From contig OZ024745.1 in NCBI GenBank assembly GCA_964016885.1, positions 113,646,001-113,710,000 on the forward strand: DNA of 64,000 bases. Reading direction: 5' to 3'. A program made the position numbers and the translations under genes. Below the pieces are notes generated by a model. It was not told the origin of the DNA, searched no databases, and was given only the letters and a program-made list of their open reading frames with translations. This DNA is from Eledone cirrhosa. Lineage: Eukaryota. This document shows, one piece after another, positions 53,881 to 64,000 of the stretch. Numbering within the stretch: position 1 is the stretch's first letter; each line of letters opens with the position of its first letter.

Positions 53881-54094
53881 TTTCTATATTAAAACATTTA
53901 TACTCTGCTATCTATTGAGTACCTTACTTACTGTGGTTACCCACGATCAACGCGGAATAATTTATATATATGTATGTATATATATATATATAGGCAACAT
54001 GACCCTCCCAAAGTATAACAATATATATATATATATATATATATAAATTATTGTGCGTTGAATCGGGGGTAACCACATAGATACTATAAGATAC

Positions 54095-54662
54095 TAATAG
54101 AAACTGTGTCAAAATCACCTACTCCTGCGGCCCTCCTATTAAATCTTATATCCTCAATAAGAAAATACTCAGAGAACATCAAAATTGCTCCTGTGTAGTC
54201 AAAGGTGAATGCTCATTACAAGGTAAATGTAACACCAAAGCCATTGTATATGCGGCTAAAGTGACAACCACCAGCAAAAACATACCAGCCACCAGCGAAC
54301 GATATATGGGTATAACACGAGACAAATTCAAAACGCGTTATTACTCACATGTCGCATCTTTCCAACATCCTGAAAAAAGATTTACAACAGCTCTGGCTAG
54401 CAGAATATGGGATTTGAAAGACCAAGGTATCCAATATAAATTAGATTGGTCAATTTTGAACCAATCTAAAGAATATGCAAGAGGAACAAGAAGATGCGCA
54501 CTCTGCATAAGCGAAAAATATTGGATTTTACAGAACCTTAAATCACCAAAATCCTGCCTAAATTCAAAAACAGAAATTTTCACCAGTTGCCCATACATGA
54601 AATCACAGTTGCTTTCCAGCTCATATAAACTTAACTCACTTTCAGATACTTATCCTCCATAA
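54095..54662 (+). mobile_element. Penelope-like GIY-YIG endonuclease (3' part of the ORF)
   Basis: VKITYSC..CSC..ECSLQGKC..AIVYAAKV..YMGIT..FKTRYYSH..SF..TALASRIWDLK..W..CALCISEK..LNSKTEI..C. Confidence 0.9.
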
Positions 54663-55128
54663 ACTCTTGTTCTTCACTTTCCTTAACTTACCTTCTTTAT
54701 AGACTTCTCTTTCTGATTTACTTTTATTTTTATTTTTAACTTTATTTTTACTTCACATCCACAATGACCCCCCCCCCCCGCTTTTTGATTCACTTATATT
54801 ATATCTTCACAATTTTACATATTTTACTTCCCCCTTTTCTTTCACTACCTGATATCACAAGTCACTTGCGTTTTCAACTCAAGATATATTCTGTTGTCCC
54901 TCAGCCGCTTTTATGTATGTTTACTTGCGTATAATTTCTACTCATTTATTCATACGGCTGGTTTTTATATTGTATGTATGCGTGTAAGTGTGCATATGTG
55001 TGTATACGTGTTTGTATATGTATACGAATGCATTTGTATGTGCTCGTGTATGTGTATATGTGTGTGTGTATGTGTGTTTTTATATCTATGCTTTTTACAT
55101 ACTTATATATATGTGTGTGTGTGTATAC

Positions 55129-55222
<94 letters not shown>

Positions 55223-56002
55223 ATATATATATATGTATATATATATATATGGTCATGTGCGTGCTTGTGATTAGATGTACATTTATGTATATATATGTGC
55301 TTCGTGTGTATGTATGCGCGCTTCTGTATGTATGTACGCATGTATGTGCTTTTTTCTGTACGTATTTATATATATATTTTTATATATATGTGTGTGTACG
55401 AACCTCTGTATGTTTTCTATTTTCTTTAGTGTTACTTTATAATTGATAACCCCTCCTTCTTACTTTCTCTTTGATTTAATTTTTTTATTCTCATATATTT
55501 TTACATTTTTTCATTTTCATATTTTATATTTTTTTATATGCATCGACCTTCAGCCTGACACTGCTTTGACTGATAGACTCCCCTCCCTGTATATATCACA
55601 TGCATGTATGTGGTTGCGCGCGTGTGTGTGCTTATACGCGTGCTTTCATACTTGTATGTGTATATATTTCAATCCTTAGTCCCTGAGTCTGTATGTACGC
55701 TAACTCTATTATCTTACAATTTTTATTTTCAACATATATTATATACCTATTTGTGGTCACACATACACTGATATGCTTGCCCTCATGTATGTACTTACGC
55801 ACACATTTTTTCACTATACATATGCATTTGTACATACACACATATGTACATTTGTAGGTGCATATACACACATTTATACACATACCCTTACTATATTTCC
55901 TTATTTTATTTTTATATATCTCTTTTATTTATATATTTATTTGCCCGTTAATTTTTTCCTTTCTTGAGGAGTTTTTCAAATATTTCACTATGTTTTAAAT
56001 TG

Positions 56003-56078
56003 CCTTGTCTGACGAACGAATGAGGACGTTCCTTGTATTCGTCTTATTCGGGAAACCTCTGGTACTGAGGTAATTATA
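56003..56078 (+). ncRNA. Hammerhead ribozyme, family C
   Basis: CUGACGA-A-CGAAUGAGGACG-loop-CGUCUUAUUCG-G-GAAAC-CUC-ugguacu-GAG-GUA. 11-bp stem II and 5-bp stem III; stem I is weak. Confidence 0.75.
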
Positions 56079-56098
56079 TTGTATTGTCTATTATACAT

Positions 56099-56131
<33 letters not shown>

Positions 56132-56135
56132 ATGT

Positions 56136-56215
<80 letters not shown>

Positions 56216-56254
56216 TATTGTGTGTGTGTGCATGTGTGTGTGTGTGTGTGTGTG

Positions 56255-56311
<57 letters not shown>

Positions 56312-56332
56312 CGTGCGTGCGCGCGCGCGTGT

Positions 56333-56393
<61 letters not shown>

Positions 56394-56489
56394 TGTGTGT
56401 GTGTGTGTGTCAGGTCGTCCTCGAGTAGTACTGGTAACATGTGACCCAGTACTACTCGAGAGCGACCTGACACACACACACACACACAC

Positions 56490-57605
56490 ACAAACCGAAG
56501 CGCCACGTTATATAGCAGTGGGGGAAAGTGAGCAACGTCCATATAGTACTACTCCTTTTGAGATAACCGATGAAATTTTAATTTCAACAAAGAACTGAGG
56601 TTCCAAGAGAGGGAGTCAACTGTTTAATCTAGCAGCGTGGAATGTTCAGACTAATAACGATGATACAAATTCTGTCAGACTGAAATGGCTACAGCTATTA
56701 ACTGCAGTGAGATAACAAAGGTATTGATATCTGTGCCTTGAGTGAGGTATGGCGTCCAGGCTCCGGTAGTATCATAGAGAGGAGTCTTACTATCTTTTGG
56801 AGCGGAAATGATGACAAAACAGCTGTGATTTGCTTTACTGTCTCTAATAAATTTGGTCACATCAATCCAGTTCCTATTTCTGACAGATTCATGACTGCTT
56901 GCATTCAACTGAAGAACAACTCCTATCTTACATTGATCAGTATCTATGGACCCATAATGCAACAGTCAGAGGTTGAGTAGGAATGTTTCTATGAGCAACT
57001 TGGTGAATGCATTGTCAAAGCAAGGACGTTATGCCATTGCTGTTCTTGGTGACTTCAACGCTCGTGTTTGAAAAGATTGGAAGTCATGACCATCAGTAGT
57101 TGGCAAACATGGAATGGAAAATTTACAGACTTCACCAATGCTTTTGACTGTGTCAATCGAGAGCTATTCTTCGAAATCCTGAGAAGGCTTGGCTGTCCAG
57201 CTAAATTTGTTAGTATCATTAGGGCTCTATATTCAAATATGCATGCTAGGCTTCTTATAGAGGGTGAATTGTTAAACTCTATCAACTACAATAGTTGGGT
57301 GAAGCAAGGCTACAAACTTTCCCCTACAATGTTTAGGTTCTATACTGGTGTATTATTCTTTATAGCCTTCAAAGATGTTAGCTCCTCACACAGCATCAGA
57401 GTACGCTTTAAATATGATGGTGATATTTTTTATCTTTGTCGACTCATGTCCAAGACGAAGATACTTCAAGATTTCAGAAGGGAGGCCCAATATTCTGATT
57501 GCATTGCTGTTTTATGCAACGATCCCATTGCTCAACAGCAGGTGTTATCTGCATATAACACAGATTCATTGAAAATGGGCCTCCGAATCAGCATTAACAA
57601 GAGGA
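56490..57605 (+). mobile_element. RTE-like LINE relic (endonuclease joined to RT by internal deletion)
   Basis: LAAWNVQT, LISIYGP, LGDFNARV, DFTNAFDCVNRE..LRRLGCPAKF, VKQG..LSPTMF and AQYSD. Confidence 0.85.
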
Positions 57606-57630
57606 TATATATATACATACATACATACAC

Positions 57631-57671
<41 letters not shown>

Positions 57672-57810
57672 CGTGTGTGCGTGTAGATTCCAGAGTTGTG
57701 TCCGGGTGGGTGGGTGTGTGTGTGCGTGGGGGGGGGGGGCTGTAGATACAAAGATACTAACTACATTGGTAGAGTATAGGCATTTAAAAAAGATTTTGTA
57801 TAGAAATGAC

Positions 57811-57878
57811 TTCTACAGGAATAGAACAGTTTCATTCGTATGAAATTATCAGGAATATCCTGATCATTTCATACGAAT
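57811..57878 (-). ncRNA. Degenerate family A hammerhead with a short fold-back
   Basis: CUGAUAA-U-UUCA-UA-CGAA-U-GAAA-CUG..CUG-UA-GAAG; inverted repeat at 57834-57878. Confidence 0.6.
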
Positions 57879-57880
57879 AT

Positions 57881-58070
57881 ATAGGAGAATGTTTAACCCC
57901 GACGGCAGAGCTCAAGCCGTTTCGACGGCTATTTCTGGAATAGCCGTCGAAACGGCTTGAGCTCTGCCGTCGGAGTTAAACATTTTCCTATTACCCACTC
58001 TACTACCCTAAGTATTGAGTACTCTGGTGCGTTATGGTCCATCTGGTTCCTTACCACACCTCCTTCGTTA
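57881..58070 (+). mobile_element. Family D element with head-to-head fold-back
   Basis: Palindrome 57881-57991 centred on tttctggaa; the tail matches 4070-4165 and ends at (TA)n. Confidence 0.8.
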
Positions 58071-58114
58071 TATATATAAGAAAATTATAAAATTAACTTA
58101 CTTACTAAAATATC

Positions 58115-58196
58115 ACTTCCAACTAATTAGTTTCTGGAATGGAGTAGATACATCTTCCGAAGAAGGTGTAGAGAAACATCCCGTCATCAGGAAAGT
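58115..58196 (-). ncRNA. Type I hammerhead ribozyme, family H (copy 1)
   Basis: ACUUUC-CUGAUGA-C-GGGAUG..UACAC-CUUC-UUCG-GAAG-AUGUA..CAUUCC-A-GAAA-CUAAUUAG-UU-GGAAGU. Confidence 0.9.
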
Positions 58197-58637
58197 CAAT
58201 TCTCATATACGTTTCCAGGCAAAGCGAGGACACTGGAAGCTTATTAAAAAAATAAATCAGTGAATAGGAAATAGCAAAGCGTGGACTTAATTCCTAGCCA
58301 TTGAGAAAATCACTGCCTCTGTGTCCGTGGCAAATTCAAAAAGAATCGAACACGTGACACCGAGGTCAATCGATGGAAAGTGGGTTGTTAATAAGACAGC
58401 GGCCAGCGTACTACTGTAGCAGCAGTCATGGCCAGTATTGCTCGACAAAAGATTTGGAGATAATAATAAAGAATTCATATCTAGTAACATATATATACAT
58501 ACAAATGCATATCGATGCTAGCAAATATATAGGTTTTGTCTTAATAACATTGTGGTTCAATGCATGGGGTTGCAGAACAATAATATAAGAGGCGTAAAAT
58601 AAGAAAATTATAAAATTAACTTACTTACTAAAATATC

Positions 58638-58719
58638 ACTTCCAACTAATTAGTTTCTGGAATGGAGTAGATACATCTTCCGAAGAAGGTGTAGAGAAAC
58701 ATCCCGTCATCAGGAAAGT
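58638..58719 (-). ncRNA. Type I hammerhead ribozyme, family H (copy 2)
   Basis: Identical to 58115-58196, offset by 523 nt. Confidence 0.9.
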
Positions 58720-58991
58720 CAATTCTCATATAAGTTTCCAGGCAAAGCGAGGACACTGGAAGCTTATTAAAAAATAAATCAGTGAATAGGAAATAGCAAA
58801 GCGTGGACTTAATTCCTAGCCATTGAGAAAATCACTGCCTCTGTGTCCGTGGAAAATTCAAAAAGAATCGAACACGTGACACCGAGGTTAATCGGTGGAA
58901 AGTGGGTTGTTAATAAGACAGTTATAGACTCGACACCATTATGGATATGCTCTTCAGACTGACGATTCAACAAAAATTACTGAATTACATG

Positions 58992-59055
<64 letters not shown>

Positions 59056-59080
59056 CATGTAATTCAATAATTTTTGTTGA

Positions 59081-59179
59081 ATCGCCAGTCTGAAGAGCAT
59101 ATCCATAATGGCATCGAGTCTATAACTTCTATGGGTGACCCTGAGTCAATACTCTGCGAAACGCGCGAAACAGGTCGAT
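59081..59179 (+). ncRNA. Type I hammerhead ribozyme, family G (U16.1 mutated)
   Basis: AUCGCCAGU-CUGAAGA-GCA-[55 nt]-UGC-GAAA-CGCGCG-AA-ACAGGUCGAU. Sister copies have UA (48996) or UU (30491) at the cleavage site. Confidence 0.7.
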
Positions 59180-59293
59180 ACACAATAAAGAACTAAAATA
59201 AATGTAAACGAAACTTCGTTTTTCATAATATATATATATATATATATACATACACTCACACCACATACACACACACACACACACGCACGCACG

Positions 59294-59326
<33 letters not shown>

Positions 59327-59370
59327 GTGTGTATATACGTATATATATGTATATATATATATATATAGAT

Positions 59371-59433
<63 letters not shown>

Positions 59434-59654
59434 TACACGGGTGTATATGATTGTGTATAGAAGATTATATTAACAAAAGGAATTCCAACTTTGTCTGATT
59501 TACTCGTTTTATTTACAATCCTTTAAAATTTATAATGGCATTAGAATGAAATAGTATGGTAGAATATTAAATGTTAAGTGTTAATGTGTGGTGACAGTCA
59601 AGTTTGCAATTTTCAACAGTTGAAAATTGCAAACTTGACTGTCACCACACATTA

Positions 59655-59693
59655 TGAACCTGAAGATTGCGAAAGCATGAAAGTACTTGTTCA
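59655..59693 (+). ncRNA. Minimal type I hammerhead ribozyme, family E
   Basis: UGAAC-CUGAAGA-U-UGC-GAAA-GCA-U-GAAA-GUAC-UU-GUUCA. Perfect 5-bp stem I, GNRA-capped stem II and palindromic stem III (AGUACU). Confidence 0.9.
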
Positions 59694-59817
59694 ATTAACA
59701 CTTAACATTTAATATTCTACCATACTATTTCATTCTAATACCATTATAAATGTTAAAGGATTGTAAATAAAACGAGTAAATCAGACAAAGTTGGGATTCC
59801 TTTTATTAATATATATA

Positions 59818-59883
<66 letters not shown>

Positions 59884-59887
<4 letters not shown>

Positions 59888-60022
59888 AACAAGTATGACC
59901 CCGACGGCAGAGCTCATGACGTATCGACGGCTATTTCTGGAGTCCAGAAACAGCCGTCGAAACGGCTTGAGCTCTGCCGTCGGGGTCATACTTCTTCCTA
60001 TTACCCACTCTACTACCCTAAG
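59884..60022 (+). mobile_element. Family D element with head-to-head fold-back, between (TA)n arrays
   Basis: Palindrome 59893-59991 centred on ctggagtccag. Confidence 0.8.
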
Positions 60023-60028
60023 TATATA

Positions 60029-60141
<113 letters not shown>

Positions 60142-60402
60142 GTGTGTGTGTGTGTTTGTATACATAAATGTATGTTTCCCTGTTTGTGATTTGTGGTAAA
60201 CTCTGGGACAAATTACAATAAAACGTAAGAATAAGGTAAATAAAATATCAATGATCGGCACAAGAGGGAGTTCAATAAAATAAAATTCTAAATAAACGAG
60301 AAAGAAAAATGATATCCATTAAAATTTTTATGTAGCAAAATGATTGAACGATGTTGCTGCTACTGCTGCCTGTCGTTGCTGCTGTTGCTGGTTCTGCTGC
60401 TG

Positions 60403-60478
<76 letters not shown>

Positions 60479-61492
60479 AAGAAGAAGAAGAAGGATTATA
60501 TTATGGAATTGGAAGGAAAGCTAAAGAACTATCTACTTTATAATTTTTTTTAATGAACGGCGTATATAAGAGGACTGAATAATATATGAGAAATGAAAAG
60601 AAAATGACTGAAAATTGTGAAGATTATAAACAAAGTAAAATATTGAGAGGAAAAATGTATACACACACATACAGCACACATATACACACGTTTATATATA
60701 GACATACTATTATAATGTGTATATGTGTATGTGTAGAACGAAAGAAGAGATTGAGAGCAATGAATATTATATATTTAAAGAAATTTTAATAAAAAACAAA
60801 TGAATTTACTATAATATAGTTTTAAATAAATAAAAAAGAGAGTGGAAGAGGATCTAGTGAGTTGCAGAGAGAAGGAGATGATGTGAGAGAGAGGGGTGTG
60901 AGAGATAGAGAAATGGAGAGCGGGAGAGGTGGGGGGGGGGGGCAGTAAAAATAAGAAGAAAACGGAAAAGTTAGTTACAGTTTAGCTACATTTGAATGCT
61001 ATTCTCTGACAAGTAGTAATACATCTTGCTTGCTCTTCTAAATCATCCAGCGGTATTTTCTTTTATTGCGCGTATTTTTCTTTCACGCTTAGCCGCTTTT
61101 TTGACATTTCCTTTCTCCTTCCCTCTCCTTCTCTCTCCCCTTCCCTCCCTCTATCTCTCTACCTCTCTCTCATTCTTCCGAATTTGTCTTTTTATTTGTG
61201 GTTGATTTTGTTTATTAATTTGCTAGTTTATCCTTTTTGGGGGGAATTTCTTCATTTTGTGTTGTTATATTTTGTTCATGTTATTCATACAACTACAGCT
61301 GTTGTAGTTGTAGCCGTTTTTGTTGTTGTTGTTGTTGTTGTTTTGCTGTAGTTGTTTTTATTGTGGCTGCTGCTGTGTTTGTTGTAGTGTGATTTTTCCC
61401 TAAAATACTTGACTCTCCCTTCAATTCTTATTCTTTCTCTTTATTCACCTTTCCATTCTTTTAGCACAAAATGGAATTCCTACATATGAACA

Positions 61493-62130
61493 CATGTATA
61501 TGCAAACAAGTATATTTATAATGATTTACATACATGTATACATTTATACATACATGTATACATTCATACATGCATGTATACATTCATACATACATGTATG
61601 CATTCATACATGCATGTATACATTCATACATGCATGTATACATTCATACATACATGTATACATGTATACATTCATACATGCATGTATACATTCATACATT
61701 ACATGTATACATTCATATATACATGTATACATACATACATGTATACATTCATACATACATGTATACATTCATATATACATGTATACATTCATATATACAT
61801 GTATACATAAATAATTCATTTTCGTATACATTCATATATACATGTATTGTTTTATACATACATGTATATATTCATACATGCATGTATACATTCATATATA
61901 CATGTGTACATTCATATACACATGTATACATTCATATATACATGTATACAATCATACATGTATACATTGATACATACATGTATACATACATTGATACATA
62001 CATGTATACATACATAATACATACATGTATACATTCCTATATACATGTATACATTCATATATACATGCATACATTCATATATACATGTATGCATTCTTAC
62101 ATACATGTATACATCAATATATACATGTAT
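61493..62130. repeat. About 20-bp minisatellite (catgtatacattcatatata variants)
   Basis: Many tandem, partly diverged units read directly from the sequence. Confidence 0.9.
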
Positions 62131-62342
62131 ACAAGCATAATACATACATATATGAGTGTGTGCGCATGTATGTGTATGTACGACTGTATATATACAAAAT
62201 GCTCATATGCACATACACACATACACATATACACATGCATATACATATTTGTATATATTTATGAATTGGTGTATGTCTGCTAGTATGAATACATGCAAAC
62301 ATGCATGTATAAATGCATACATGCATGTATACACGTATACAC

Positions 62343-62461
<119 letters not shown>

Positions 62462-63658
62462 CATGTATGTGCAGAAGGATGAATATGTATGTATGTATGT
62501 ATGTACTTGTGTATGTATGCATGTATGTATGCAAGTATGTATGTGTGTATGTGTGTATGTATGTTTGTGTGTATATATATCTATGTATGTTTGTTTGTAT
62601 GTATGTGTTTGTTTATGCATGTATGTGTGTGTGTGTGTGTATGTATGTAAGCATGTATGTGTGTATATATGTATGTAAGCATGTATGTGTGTATATATGT
62701 ATGTAAGCATGTATGTATATGTGTGTGAATGTATGTACAGAAGGATGAGCAACATAGCTTCGGGAGCCACACCCATATTCTATGGAGCGGTGAGTAGTGG
62801 ACTACCGGCAGATACGATTTTATTCAAAGACTGATTTCACGTCGCTGCTGCTTAGTTCATAGAACATCTGGAGTCAGGCTGGCTGATGCCAAACTGGCGT
62901 ATTTCGCTTCTCTAACATTCATTATCCGTTGATGCAGAAAACTGCACTGTCTTTTATTTTTAATTCACTGCCTAAAAGTGCCCAAAGGCTTTCCTTACAA
63001 TTCTATTACGTATCCATAGCAATTACTTTCCCAGTGAGAGTGAAACAAACACTGATGTGCATTAGAGCGGCAAATTTCTATCAAAATCGGAAATTTTCGT
63101 TGCAAAAGTCATTAAGCCGAACGCTACTGCAGCAATCGTTGGTGCTGTGTAGATGCTGTGTGCTCTTCTCTTATAGCATTCTCAACTGTCGGATATTCTT
63201 TCTTTTCCTAGCATACACACATATACTCACGGCTATCACATGTAACCATACACACAACACATGCCATACCATACACAACACAAGATACATACAACATATA
63301 ACGCAAACACACAGACACTGTACTTTATATGTGTGTATGTATGCATGTATATATGCATGTATATATGCATGTATATATGCATGTATATATGCATGTATAT
63401 GTGTATATATATATATATATGTATATATATACATACATGTGTGTGTGTGTGTGTCTGTGTGTGTGTGTGAGTGCGTGTGTGCTCGTGCATATTTTGTCTG
63501 TGTGTATAGGTACATACATATTTATGTTTCGTTCATAATTACTCTTACCTACCCATACATACACACTACAATTGACACATATCACATCTCAGTATGCATC
63601 CTCATCTGTATGCACGCATTTATATATGCTGAAGAAACACACACTCACACACACACAT

Positions 63659-63714
<56 letters not shown>

Positions 63715-63734
63715 ACACACACACACACATGCGT

Positions 63735-63806
<72 letters not shown>

Positions 63807-64000
63807 CAGTGAACATCACATATCCGCCAGCGGGTGAGGAATATTGGCAAACGGGATACTATATGCCGCTGCTTCTTTGATCTTATGATTAGCGTTTAAA
63901 AACGTTAACCGAATCAAGCGATTTTGGAATACGTATACAGATAGCATGGCCCGACATCAACACATCTTATATATTCTTCCTCTTTGAAGACATCACAAGC

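Larger units (their letters stand above)
58076..58921 (-). mobile_element. ORF-less retrozyme-like element: two 323/324-bp direct repeats, each with a hammerhead
   Basis: Repeats 58076-58399 and 58599-58921 differ by 4 substitutions and 1 indel; the spacer is 199 bp of unique sequence. Confidence 0.8.

Noticed and set aside
62929-63660. 243-aa ORF
   Set aside because: The C-terminal half is microsatellite and the N-terminal half has no recognisable domain.

Overview
This is AT-rich, microsatellite-saturated metazoan DNA, intergenic or deep-intronic, with no intact protein-coding gene that I can support. The abundant tRNA-type SINE resembles those I recall from octopod cephalopods; that assignment is an inference. 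Nearly all ORFs in the track are translations of (TA)n, (CA)n, (CATA)n, (GA)n or (GGT/GAT)n arrays. The real content is decayed mobile DNA: SINEs, CR1/L2-like, RTE-like, CRE-like and R4/Dong-like non-LTR fragments, a hAT transposase relic, Penelope-like (GIY-YIG) fragments and a 5S rRNA pseudogene. The main result comes from folding by eye. The window holds roughly 14 complete or near-complete type I hammerhead ribozyme (HHR) motifs plus several half-motifs, from about 8 sequence families. They sit in short elements that mostly end in (TA)n arrays and are often folded back into palindromes. Highlights are an ORF-less, retrozyme-like unit with two identical hammerheads 523 nt apart (58076-58921), a palindrome in which one arm has lost exactly the ribozyme (59466-59813), and a 2.2-kb island of five ribozyme families (57780-60025). 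No folding software or database search was run.
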